Shown here: positions 41,025 through 57,126 of the stretch, piece after piece
How the letters are laid out: each line of letters opens with the position of its first letter
Numbering within the stretch: position 1 is the stretch's first letter
NCBI GenBank assembly: GCA_964016885.1
Contig: OZ024746.1
Location: 92,442,001 to 92,506,000, forward strand
Origin: Eledone cirrhosa
Lineage: Eukaryota
Reading direction: 5' to 3'
Length of the DNA stretch: 64,000 bases
Position numbers and translations under genes: made by a program
The notes under the pieces: model-generated
What the model was told of the DNA's origin: nothing
Seen by the model: only the letters and a program-made list of their open reading frames with translations
The model's database searches: none

Positions 41025-41380
41025 GTACTACCACCACCACTACTACTACTAGTACTACCACGACCGCTACTACTACTAGTACTACCATCATCACCACCAC
41101 CACCACCACTACTACTGGTACCACCACCACCATCACCACTACTACTAGTACTACCACCACCATCACTACTACTACTACTACTACTACAATAATAATTGTT
41201 TCTACTTTTGGCACAAGGCAAGCAATTATCCCAGTGCATTACTGGTACTTTAGTTTATCGACCCCGTAAGGATGAAAGGTAAAGTTAACCTCGGCGGGAT
41301 TTGAACTCAGATCATAAAGGGCCGTAACTCTTTGCTGCAAAGCATGGCGTCCGACCCTCTACTGATACTGCCAATCAACA
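40068..41380. mobile_element. Cluster of SINE family B copies/fragments (40068+, 40290-, 40490-, 40585-, 40940+, 41194-) with an (ACT/ACC)n tract at 40990-41190
   Basis: Repeated gcctttcatccttacggggtcgataaa motif in both orientations. Confidence 0.85.
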
Positions 41381-41795
41381 GCCCTACAACTACTATAATA
41401 ATTCAATTAAATTTAATTCAATTAAAATTGTTATTCCCCCCGTATCAGTTGAGGAAATGAAGGGTTTAGATTGCAATATTAGATGTGTATTCCACTTTCT
41501 TTAGCTTCTTCTGTAAAATGATAAAGCATGCCATGGTACTTCACCACACAGTTGTAAGCTGCATGTAGTCAAATATGCGACATCTAGAAGTTACTAAATG
41601 TATCTTGTTTTAATATCTACAATTTTCTTTAAGCTTTTTTTATTATTTCAATCTACAAGAATTTCTTCACCAATTTTCCATCTTTTTTCTGGGCATTTTT
41701 TTTTTCATTATTTTTTTCTTTTTGTATGTATGAATATATGAATATGTATATATTGTATATACTGTATGTATATGTATTTATCTATGTGTATGTCG

Positions 41796-41826
<31 letters not shown>

Positions 41827-41839
41827 TTAATATAGAAAT

Positions 41840-41890
41840 GGCTTCTACAGAACTAGAACTGTTTCATTTTGTAGAAATCATCAGGAAGCC
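41840..41890 (-). ncRNA. Hammerhead motif (14478/31253 family) with intact stem I
   Basis: ggcttc-CTGATGA-tttctacaaaat-GAAA-cag ttctagtt ctg-TA-gaagcc. Confidence 0.65.
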
Positions 41891-42237
41891 GGCTGTCCAA
41901 GCAATATGGTAGTATTTATACCTTTTCTTGTGGTATAAATATATTATATATATAGTCTTGTGGTATAAATATATTATATATATATAGTCTATCGAGGAAA
42001 CAATAGTGCCACTGATGATGTCACAGATGTGTGACAAAAGAACTTTGATAGATTATACGTATATATTTATATCTGTATTTTTAACCTTTGGTCAATCAAT
42101 GATAAACATTGATTGCCAGATAAATTAAGTATGGAGATATAAAAGATAGAGAAGCGAAAACCAATCCGAACCAAAGAGTGACTGTGTTCTGTTATTATTT
42201 CTGGCAATATTATAACAATATGACTCTCCCCAAGTAT

Positions 42238-45110
<2,873 letters not shown>

Positions 45111-45660
45111 TGACGGAGCCATAGACCCTCGCTATTCCCTGTAAATAATGTGCTCAAAGGAGAAGAAATCCTGAGCTCTTTAAAATACAATATGTTGAAA
45201 AGGTAACACACCAGAGAGAGATATACAGTGCGCTAGCAATAAAACAGGGAAAAACCACCAGTGTATGGAATCTATAACCTATGAAAGGCAGACTATAGAC
45301 ACGATAATTAAAAATATAAATTAAAGCATAAATAAATACCTTTATAACTATATAACACACGTACAAATTCAAAGATATGTTTCATCAGTAATTTGTTGAA
45401 AGAAATGGGTTAACCTCGGTTCATCAGCGTGTGTAAGGCTATACATTTCAGACAGCACTAAGAGAATTTTAAAAGTGACTGTCCAGCTACACATGGGAGA
45501 GAGAAGTCACAGACTTCTCTCTCCCACGTGTCTATTGGGGGTCTCGGGTATTTCCAGGCTTTAAAGACAAGGTATCTACTGCCCAGAGGGTTCAATAACT
45601 GGGTAAGTTATTGGGAAAGGGAAGAAAAGAGAAAACAGCGAAAAAAACAACAAGCCAAGC
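45111..45660 (-). mobile_element. PLE-end fragment with HHR-like motif (45355..45434) and terminal hairpin (45152..45176)
   Basis: acacacg-CTGATGA...GAAA-ca...tg-TA-cgtgtgt (stem II weak); gctc agga tttcttc tcct tt gagc ac; flanked by (TA)n. Confidence 0.6.
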
Positions 45661-45686
45661 AATATATATGTATATATATATGCATA

Positions 45687-45728
<42 letters not shown>

Positions 45729-45913
45729 GATAAATCTACCAAGAGTTTACGGTAGTGTCCAATCCGTATGAAGAACTCAATGTATTCCGGATATCATGGA
45801 AAGAAGAGATGTAATGAAAATCCACTTTCGGTGAAAGATAAACGGTATACAGAGTCAAGATAAAATATTAAACAAATAATGAACAAACAATTCCTTATAT
45901 TAAACAAAAAAAG

Positions 45914-46068
45914 TTCACTATTTAACGATCGTTTCTAGGGTATATATGTGTTATAATTGGTATGCATATTCAACAGATCTATGTACAAAATTATACAAAA
46001 TTATACAAATTATCAAGATTAAATATACATACCTAACACATATATACGCCGTCTTCAGAAATAATGAA
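45914..46068 (-). ncRNA. Hammerhead ribozyme with ~115-nt extended stem II (sense to PLE)
   Basis: Mirror of 54698..54852. Confidence 0.8.
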
Positions 46069-46888
46069 GTATATTTATTGATAATAACAACAATTCAAAA
46101 TATCAGTTCAAAATTGACCAATGAAAACACAAAGGGTTAAAAGCAGTTTGGTGTGTGTATATACATGTAAAATCCTTACACATATTTTACAATAATGTGT
46201 GTATAATTTGTATGTGCATACTAAAAAGATGGATGCAAACACAAAATTTCAAGGTTAATATCTCTGTAAGCTTAATGCGCTGATAAGATGCGCGATGATA
46301 CTTATGGAGTCAAGCATATAAATTTATTTTTTTCATACTCACACATATCAGTATAATCACACATACATGCGCGTATATGCATAACTATACACATAACCAC
46401 GAACATACAAACACACACACTCCCCCACTCACATTTATATATGTGGATATAAAATCATAAGCAAATAGAAATTAAGTCACTCACATAAAACACTGGCACA
46501 CACATTTCAAGATCAAGATACAGAAATTAGGTGGGAGGGGGGGGAGGGGTCAGTATTAGATTGTCAGAGCAGACTGCCTAATATAAATGTATCTATAAAT
46601 TAAGAAAAATAAAAAAATAAAAACAATAAAATATAATAAATATAATATAATGTACATACACATACAGATATACATACACATACATACATGTACGCGCACA
46701 TAGAGATATTTACGCATACACACATACACACATACGTATACAGTCATACACACACATACACTTACACGAACATACACATACACATATAAAAAGATATATA
46801 TACACACACACACACGCGCAACACATACACACATACACATATATATAAAAAATAGATAATAAAGATATATATCCATATATATATATAT

Positions 46889-46943
<55 letters not shown>

Positions 46944-47032
46944 TATACACATACATACCCATACATCTAAATATACATACACATACATACACACATACAT
47001 GCATATACATGTACATACATATACGCACATCG

Positions 47033-47086
<54 letters not shown>

Positions 47087-47430
47087 TCACATAGACATAA
47101 AGATACATACACACACAACTTACATACACACGCATATATATATATATATATATATATAGATGTACCTTCATACATAGAATTAGATATATAATCATACATA
47201 CATATGCACCTACTTATACTCATATAAATAAATACATACGCTTCCATATATGTGTATACACATAAAAAACAATACCACCTCACCAAACTCAGACATACAA
47301 ATGAAAATAATAATAAACAAACGCATATGTATATACATACACACACGCATTAATAGAGATATATATATATACACACACATACATACACACACATATATAT
47401 ACACATACACACACACATACATACACATAC

Positions 47431-47477
<47 letters not shown>

Positions 47478-47481
47478 TAGA

Positions 47482-47518
<37 letters not shown>

Positions 47519-47793
47519 ATATATATCCACACACTCATACCACCATAAATACACATACAAACACCCACATGTATATATATATATATATCCACATACACAC
47601 ACGTATACATATATATATATATATATACACATACATATATATATATACACACACATAAAAAACAGACATGCACATATATATATATATATATATATTTCAT
47701 TACTCTTATATATACACATAGTATATATACATACACAACCTCACTTATACACATATACACATAAGTTATATTACAATAATAATAAAGAATAAT

Positions 47794-47826
<33 letters not shown>

Positions 47827-48052
47827 CATATATATATATATATACATACATACATACACATACATACATACACATAAATATATACATACATAAATACACA
47901 CATACGAATAAAGACATATATTCACACATAGACACCTATATACATATATATATATATATATATATCTATATATATATATATACATATATACATATATATA
48001 TATATATACACACATACACACACACACACACACACAGACACACATACACACT

Positions 48053-48087
<35 letters not shown>

Positions 48088-49744
48088 ATGTGAGTGTGCG
48101 CACACACACATATATACACACACACATACAAACACACACAAACACATACATATGCATACGTGCACACACACACACATATATCACATAGATACGAAGATAA
48201 ACATATAAATAGAGAGACATACAAATATATACACAACACATATACACATACATACATACACGCATACACATATACATACATATATACACATATATATATT
48301 CCTATATACAAGCATACACATACATACACATACATACATATACATACACATATACATACCACACATTCACATACACATACATATATAATACATATATATA
48401 CATATATATACATACATATGTATGTACAATCATATATACACACTCAATCTTACATTCATATTTACATGCTCATATATGTATTTTTATATTTAGAAATAAA
48501 TACCAAAACCTATATAGACACCCACCTACATATATATTCATACATATACGCTTACAAATACAGATGATAATAGTATGGGGGAAAGGGGGGGTTTGGAGAA
48601 GGGGATCAAAGTAAATATGTTTCAAGAAACATATAATATTTTCCGTATCTTAATTCAATGTATGTTCTTACATATTTTCAGTGCTAGGAAATACGAAATC
48701 TATGCATCTCAAAATAAATAAGTATACCATTAATCATATGTTAACTAAACCAAAGATAGTCAACATATTGATTTCTAAGGTGTAAATTAGTTAGGTTTAT
48801 AATATTTGAAGCAGAATTATGAAGTCAAACAGTAGTAGATTATTAATTACATTATAACTAAATTAAAGTTAATAACGTTATGGTATCAATATTAGGAGAT
48901 GAATTTAGTAATAGGGAAAAGAAACCCAAATAAAAATAAAATAAAGTATTACATCGGTAGTAGCATATAAATTATATGTTAACTAAATTAAAAATTATAT
49001 ATTTATTTCAATAGTATACGTTAATTAGTATATGTTAATTAGGTATACAATACATAAAGCAGATATTGTATTTCATCAATAGCATAATATAATTATATGC
49101 AAATAAAAATCAAAATTAATACGCATACATATACATATACATACACATACACATATACATACATATACACACATATATATATATATATACATATATATAC
49201 ACATATATACATATATACACACATAAACATACATACAGATACACATACACAACACACACATATACATATACATATACATATACATATCTTTTTCAAAAAA
49301 TTGCACAGAATATATTAACTAGGTATATATCCAAAACACATCCCATTCTATGATTACATGACATTCTGCAATTCATCTGTACAAGGATACTAATTTTAAG
49401 CAAATTAAAATTAAAGTTTTAGGTTGATTAAAACTAAAACCAAATAATAAATATATTTCCAAAATGTATATTAATTAGGTCTATAATACTAAAAATTCTT
49501 TCTCCGTCATTGGATACATGATATTATTTTGTTATATTTTATCTGTAAAAGAATTATAATAAAAAGGTTTAAATAAATTAAAATTAATCTATAAATTAAA
49601 TTACTGAGTATATATTAGTAATATTTAAAGGTTTTTCAAAATTTATGATTACATAATATTTTCTCATCTGTAATAAAATATTAATTAAATTAAATTTATA
49701 GGTTAACTAACATTTAAATTAAATTAATTTCTAGAATAATGTTA

Positions 49745-51337
49745 TTAATTAGGTTTATAATATTTAAATGTTTTTTTTAGTTTATGATTACACGATATAA
49801 TTAATTCCTGTCGTTTATTTAATAAGATATCCTTAGACTTCATTATTTCAAATAGTTCTTGGGAACATAATCTACATTCCTTTCTATTATTTTGATAAGG
49901 GGTGGCTCTTTTGAGCACACTCCAGGTCAAATCATATTTTATATTTTTATTTTTATAACTATTGATTTTTTCTGCTAGAGATGTTGTATTAGCCAGTGCG
50001 GCATTTTTAAAGCTATGTTTGTGGGTATTATACCTTGTCTTAAAATTGTTAGAGGTAGCTCCTATATATGAGCAAATAGAATCTTTAGTTTTAACATTAC
50101 ATTTATAGACTATGTTGTTAACAAGACAATTCCCTTTTAATGGGCAGTTTGTTTTGTTTCTACAGTTACATCCTTTCGTTAATTCTGTATTTGAGGAGAT
50201 ATTATTGTTAATTTGATGTACTGGTGGTATACTTATGGTTTTCTTACATTTATATGCATTATATGCACTTATATTTTGTTTTATGTTATTTGTTGTAGAG
50301 TATGAGAATTTAACTGTAGACCTATTTAAGATTTGATGGTATTTGTGGTTTGGCGGGAAGTTTTTCTCAAGGATATAAAAAAATTTTTTAGCAATATTAT
50401 CCTTAACTTGTAAATTAAAAGGAGCATTATACCAAGTAACTCGTCTATTACGGTTTCTATGTTGTTTATTATTTTTATTATTTTTATATGTTGTATCATG
50501 ATTTTTATTAGGAGGATTAATGTTAATGATCTCACCACAACTATTTTTAGTTATATTTGTAGATTTAGGTGTTTTATCTTTTTTATTAGGAGTTTTATTA
50601 TTAATATTTATTATAGTTGTATGATGAGTAGTTTTTTGAGGGTTACTATACTTTATATTAGAAGATTTAGTATTTTGGGGTATATTGTGGGTGGCATTTA
50701 GGTGTGTACTTTTCATTTGGTGTTTGTTGGTAATATTATGCTGTATGCTTTCAGTATTTTTAGTAGAAGGTATATACTCTAATCTATTTTTGTGGCCACT
50801 TCTATCTAGAGCTTCATTATAAAAGGTCGCATTTTTATCAAATACATCTTGGTTAGAAGAAAGGTTAGAAATTCTAAGTGATATATTATATGCAAGGTTT
50901 TTAAGGATAGATTTAGGGTGATTAGATTGTGAGTGTATGTAATGTAAGTTTTGGTTAGGTTTATGGTAAGGTTGGTATATACCCGTAGCTAAATCTAAAG
51001 TTATATCTAGGAAATTTACTACTTTACTTGTTTTTTCAAAAGTAATATTAAGATTATAATAGTCTTTAAGGAAAGTTCTAATATGCTTTTTGTTTTTTTC
51101 GATTTCTGAAAGGCTAAGGTTGTTAGAAAGAAGAAGACAGTCATCACGATATAAACCACCTTTGAGGTGGGGAAAAGAGGCATTTATGTTGAAAAGGAGA
51201 AAGAGGCCCACAAGATCAGTAATTTGGGCGGAATCGCTTGAACCCATAGTAATATCAAAAAGATTACTGTATGTGTTTCTGGTCCAGTATTCATTCTGAA
51301 ATTCAATAAGTGTTTGTCTAGCATGTGTAATAATTTT
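49745..51337 (-). CDS. PLE reverse transcriptase (C-half) + GIY-YIG endonuclease, 5'-truncated, no internal stops; probably Hydra-clade-like
   Basis: Frame open upstream of the ATG (KIITHARQTL...FDITMGSSDSA), GLYRDD, NFLDITLDL, CNCRNKTNCPLKGNC linker, IVY...YIG, RYNTH, CRLCSQE, LLNKRQE, SCNH. Clade assignment is from recalled motifs. Confidence 0.9.
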   Translation of the reverse strand, partial: KIITHARQTLIEFQNEYWTRNTYSNLFDITMGSSDSAQITDLVGLFLLFNINASFPHLKGGLYRDDCLLLSNNLSLSEIEKNKKHIRTFLKDYYNLNITFEKTSKVVNFLDITLDLATGIYQPYHKPNQNLHYIHSQSNHPKSILKNLAYNISLRISNLSSNQDVFDKNATFYNEALDRSGHKNRLEYIPSTKNTESIQHNITNKHQMKSTHLNATHNIPQNTKSSNIKYSNPQKTTHHTTIININNKTPNKKDKTPKSTNITKNSCGEIININPPNKNHDTTYKNNKNNKQHRNRNRRVTWYNAPFNLQVKDNIAKKFFYILEKNFPPNHKYHQILNRSTVKFSYSTTNNIKQNISAYNAYKCKKTISIPPVHQINNNISSNTELTKGCNCRNKTNCPLKGNCLVNNIVYKCNVKTKDSICSYIGATSNNFKTRYNTHKHSFKNAALANTTSLAEKINSYKNKNIKYDLTWSVLKRATPYQNNRKECRLCSQELFEIMKSKDILLNKRQELIISCNHKLKKTFKYYKPN

Positions 51338-51456
51338 AATTTGCTTAAAATTAGTATCCTTGTACAGATGAATTGCAGAATGTCATGTAATCATAGAATG
51401 GGATGTGTTTTGGATATATACCTAGTTAATATATTCTGTGCAATTTTTTGAAAAAG

Positions 51457-51492
<36 letters not shown>

Positions 51493-52664
51493 GTGTGTTG
51501 TGTATGTGTATCTGTATGTATGTTTATGTGTGTATATATGTATATATGTGTATATATATGTATATATATATATATATGTGTGTATATGTATGTATATGTG
51601 TATGTGTATGTATATGTATATGTATGCGTATTAATTTTGATTTTTATTTGCATATAATTATATTATGCTATTGATGAAATACAATATCTGCTTTATGTAT
51701 TGTATACCTAATTAACATATACTAATTAACGTATACTATTGAAATAAATATATAATTTTTAATTTAGTTAACATATAATTTATATGCTACTACCGATGTA
51801 ATACTTTATTTTATTTTTATTTGGGTTTCTTTTCCCTATTACTAAATTCATCTCCTAATATTGATACCATAACGTTATTAACTTTAATTTAGTTATAATG
51901 TAATTAATAATCTACTACTGTTTGACTTCATAATTCTGCTTCAAATATTATAAACCTAACTAATTTACACCTTAGAAATCAATATGTTGACTATCTTTGG
52001 TTTAGTTAACATATGATTAATGGTATACTTATTTATTTTGAGATGCATAGATTTCGTATTTCCTAGCACTGAAAATATGTAAGAACATACATTGAATTAA
52101 GATACGGAAAATATTATATGTTTCTTGAAACATATATTTACTTTGATCCCCTTCTCCAAACCCCCCCTTTCCCCCATACTATTATCATCTGTATTTGTAA
52201 GCGTATATGTATGAATATATATGTAGGTGGGTGTCTATATAGGTTTTGGTATTTATTTCTAAATATAAAAATACATATATGAGCATGTAAATATGAATGT
52301 AAGATTGAGTGTGTATATATGATTGTACATACATATGTATGTATATATATGTATATATATGTATTATATATGTATGTGTATGTGAATGTGTGGTATGTAT
52401 ATGTGTATGTATATGTATGTATGTGTATGTATGTGTATGCTTGTATATAGGAATATATATATGTGTATATATGTATGTATATGTGTATGCGTGTATGTAT
52501 GTATGTGTATATGTGTTGTGTATATATTTGTATGTCTCTCTATTTATATGTTTATCTTCGTATCTATGTGATATATGTGTGTGTGTGTGCACGTATGCAT
52601 ATGTATGTGTTTGTGTGTGTTTGTATGTGTGTGTGTATATATGTGTGTGTGCGCACACTCACAT

Positions 52665-52699
<35 letters not shown>

Positions 52700-52925
52700 A
52701 GTGTGTATGTGTGTCTGTGTGTGTGTGTGTGTGTGTATGTGTGTATATATATATATATATGTATATATGTATATATATATATATAGATATATATATATAT
52801 ATATATATGTATATAGGTGTCTATGTGTGAATATATGTCTTTATTCGTATGTGTGTATTTATGTATGTATATATTTATGTGTATGTATGTATGTGTATGT
52901 ATGTATGTATATATATATATATATG

Positions 52926-52958
<33 letters not shown>

Positions 52959-53233
52959 ATTATTCTTTATTATTATTGTAATATAACTTATGTGTATATG
53001 TGTATAAGTGAGGTTGTGTATGTATATATACTATGTGTATATATAAGAGTAATGAAATATATATATATATATATATATGTGCATGTCTGTTTTTTATGTG
53101 TGTGTATATATATATATGTATGTGTATATATATATATATATATGTATACGTGTGTGTATGTGGATATATATATATATATACATGTGGGTGTTTGTATGTG
53201 TATTTATGGTGGTATGAGTGTGTGGATATATAT

Positions 53234-53270
<37 letters not shown>

Positions 53271-53274
53271 TCTA

Positions 53275-53329
<55 letters not shown>

Positions 53330-53673
53330 GTATGTGTATGTATGTGTGTGTGTATGTGTATATATATGTGTGTGTATGTATGTGTGTGTATATATATATA
53401 TCTCTATTAATGCGTGTGTGTATGTATATACATATGCGTTTGTTTATTATTATTTTCATTTGTATGTCTGAGTTTGGTGAGGTGGTATTGTTTTTTATGT
53501 GTATACACATATATGGAAGCGTATGTATTTATTTATATGAGTATAAGTAGGTGCATATGTATGTATGATTATATATCTAATTCTATGTATGAAGGTACAT
53601 CTATATATATATATATATATATATATGCGTGTGTATGTAAGTTGTGTGTGTATGTATCTTTATGTCTATGTGA

Positions 53674-53727
<54 letters not shown>

Positions 53728-53816
53728 CGATGTGCGTATATGTATGTACATGTATATGCATGTATGTGTGTATGTATGTGTATGTATATTTAGATGTATG
53801 GGTATGTATGTGTATA

Positions 53817-53873
<57 letters not shown>

Positions 53874-54697
53874 ATATATATATATATGGATATATATCTT
53901 TATTATCTATTTTTTATATATATGTGTATGTGTGTATGTGATGCGCGTGTGTGTGTGTGTATATATATCTTTTTATATGTGTATGTGTATGTTCGTGTAA
54001 GTGTATGTGTGTGTATGACTGTATACGTATGTGTGTATGTGTGTATGCGTAAATATCTCTATGTGCGCGTACATGTATGTATGTGTATGTATATCTGTAT
54101 GTGTATGTACATTATATTATATTTATTATATTTTATTGTTTTTATTTTTTTATTTTTCTTAATTTATAGATACATTTATATTAGGCAGTCTGCTCTGACA
54201 ATCTAATACTGACCCCTCCCCCCCCCCCCTCCCACCTAATTTCTGTATCTTGATCTTGAAATGTGTGTGCCAGTGTTTTATGTGAGTGACTTAATTTCTA
54301 TTTGCTTATGATTTTATATCCACATATATAAATGTGAGTGGGGGAGTGTGTGTGTTTGTATGTTCGTGGTTATGTGTATAGTTATGCATATACGCGCATG
54401 TATGTGTGATTATACTGATATGTGTGAGTATGAAAAAAATAAATTTATATGCTTGACTCCATAAGTATCATCGCGCATCTTATCAGCGCATTAAGCTTAC
54501 AGAGATATTAACCTTGAAATTTTGTGTTTGCATCCATCTTTTTAGTATGCACATACAAATTATACACACATTATTGTAAAATATGTGTAAGGATTTTACA
54601 TGTATATACACACACCAAACTGCTTTTAACCCTTTGTGTTTTCATTGGTCAATTTTGAACTGATATTTTGAATTGTTGTTATTATCAATAAATATAC

Positions 54698-54852
54698 TTC
54701 ATTATTTCTGAAGACGGCGTATATATGTGTTAGGTATGTATATTTAATCTTGATAATTTGTATAATTTTGTATAATTTTGTACATAGATCTGTTGAATAT
54801 GCATACCAATTATAACACATATATACCCTAGAAACGATCGTTAAATAGTGAA
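54698..54852 (+). ncRNA. Hammerhead ribozyme with ~115-nt extended stem II
   Basis: ttcattattt-CTGAAGA-cggc gtatatatgtgtta ggtatgtatatttaa...ttgaatatgcatacc aatta taacacatatatac ccta-GAAA-cgatcg-TT-aaatagtgaa. Confidence 0.8.
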
Positions 54853-54897
54853 CTTTTTTTGTTTAATATAAGGAATTGTTTGTTCATTATTTGTTTA

Positions 54898-54943
<46 letters not shown>

Positions 54944-55118
54944 ATTACATAAACGGAGAAAGCTAATAGCGATACTCCGACCAATTTCCAACTCACTCAA
55001 CAAACATTAGGAAATACCGGAGTATGTTCCCAATTAAACGTTTGGGGTGCTAACTATATTGTATTGTGTGGATAATTGGCTGTATTATTTTATATGAGAT
55101 ATATTAAAGATCTCATTT

Positions 55119-55241
55119 CCCAAACGAATCGTTTCATGGTAAGATTTCTACATGGTGGGGTAAATTATACCAAGTTATGTAGAAACTTGTGTAAGATCGA
55201 TGGATTCTTATGCAAGTGGGCTCTTATAAATCTTCAGTGGG
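55119..55241 (-). ncRNA. Hammerhead with branched stem II domain, inside PLE-end fragment 54941..55413
   Basis: ccca-CTGAAGA-tttataaga[acttgcataaga/tcttacacaagt][tttctacat/atgtagaaa]tcttaccat-GAAA-cgattcg-TT-tggg. Confidence 0.7.
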
Positions 55242-55413
55242 TGCCCAATAATATTAATATTAATAACTAAATCAACATCAATATTTAGCGATAATCACCA
55301 TCAGTGCTAGAGGGAGCTGTTAGGTTGTAAGTCCAGCAGTTCGAAAGAAAATCTCACACTATCCCCAAAATGGGAGGAGGAGACTACCGTGAAAAATAAT
55401 ACACACGCTGGTC

Positions 55414-55468
<55 letters not shown>

Positions 55469-55484
55469 TGTATGTATGTATATA

Positions 55485-56119
55485 TGCATCCCCTTGCATT
55501 GAACCACAAAGTTACTAAGACAAAACCTATATATTTGCTAGCATAGGTATGCATCTGTATATATATGTTGGTAGATATACTAATTCTTTATAGTTATCTC
55601 CAAATTGTTTTGTTGAGCAAAAATTTGCCAAAACTGCTACTATAGTTCATAGTAACGACTTCGCTACTGTCTTTTTAACACCCCACTCCTCACTGATTAA
55701 CCTCGATGTCACGTGATTGATTCTTTTGAATTTGCCACCGACCAAGTAGGCAGTGATTTTTTTTCAATGTCTTGGAATTTAGTCCACGCTTGCTTTTTTC
55801 CATCCACTGAATTATTTTTGTATAAGTTCCCTGTGTCCACGCACGCCAGGTATCTTAGCTGAGAACAGACTTCCTGATGACGAAACGGCTTCTCCGTGCT
55901 TTCCATTTGGAAACCATGTTTATTCCCTTTTAGAAACTAATTAGTTGGAGTGAAATTTTAGTAAGTTAATTTTTATAATTTTCTTATTTTACGTCATTCA
56001 TATAATTGTTCTGCATCCCCTTGCATTGAACCACAAAGTTACTAAGACAAAACCTATATATTTGCTAGCATAGAGATGCATCTATATATATATGTTGGTA
56101 GATATACTAATTCTTTATA
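55485..56119. repeat. 108-bp direct repeats (55485-55592, 56012-56119) around a ~420-bp core
   Basis: tgcatccccttgcattgaaccac...ctaattctttata duplicated with ~3 differences; flanked by TA/TATG microsatellite. Confidence 0.85.
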
Positions 56120-56263
56120 CGTATGTATATATATATGTATATATATATATATATTTATATATATGTATATATATATATATATGTATATGTAGGAGGTGAG
56201 TTTTATTGTAGCACAATAAAGCAATGCAAATATCGGATTTTTAAGCTTCATATCATGTCTCCC

Positions 56264-56334
56264 TATTTTATCTGATGAGAACGCAGATATCATCCCATGA
56301 TGATATTTGTTTTTGAAATGCGCATAATAAAATA
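56264..56334 (+). ncRNA. Type I hammerhead ribozyme with palindromic stem III
   Basis: tattttat-CTGATGA-gaacgcagatatcatc ccat gatgatatttgttttt-GAAA-tgcgca-TA-ataaaata; perfect 8-bp stem I. Confidence 0.88.
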
Positions 56335-56406
56335 CGTGGAACTCTTTTAACCATCTTTTGATCTTATATTATATATATGTATAAATATATATATATATAT
56401 GTATAT

Positions 56407-56447
<41 letters not shown>

Positions 56448-56622
56448 TATGTATATATACATATGTGTGTGTATATATATGTGTATATATATATGTATAT
56501 GTATGTATATATATATGTATGTATATATATATGTATATATATATGTATGTATATATGTATATATATATATGTGTATATATATATGTGTATATATATATAT
56601 ATATAATATGTATATATATATG

Positions 56623-56753
<131 letters not shown>

Positions 56754-57033
56754 GTATATGCATATATATATGTATATGCATATATATCTATATGTATATA
56801 TATGTATAAATATATGTCTATATGTATATATATGTATAAATATATATGTATATGCATATATATGTATATGTATATATATGTATATGTATATGTATATATA
56901 TGTATATATATATGTATATGTATATATATGTATATGTATATATATCTATATGTATATATATATACATCTATATGTATATATTATTTTACGTCCGCTTTTC
57001 CCTGCTTGCAAGGGTGGGATATATATGTATATA

Positions 57034-57126
<93 letters not shown>

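Larger units (their letters stand above)
45727..54906 (-). mobile_element. Penelope-like element insertion: 5'-truncated RT-EN copy plus inverted duplication of its 3' region, flanked by (TA)n
   Basis: ORF 49745-51337; arms 45860-49413 and 51331-54906 are near-identical reverse complements; HHR near each outer end. Confidence 0.92.

Noticed and set aside
40936-41269. Poly-Thr/Val/Ser-Gly ORFs
   Set aside because: Trinucleotide tract between two SINE tails.
45860-54906. DNA transposon with giant TIRs
   Set aside because: The internal ORF is RT + GIY-YIG, truncated at the arm junction; the arms are 3'-UTR duplicates with unequal outer ends.
55874-55900. ctgatga-c-gaaacggc hammerhead-like core
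   Set aside because: No stem II, no valid UH and no stem I.
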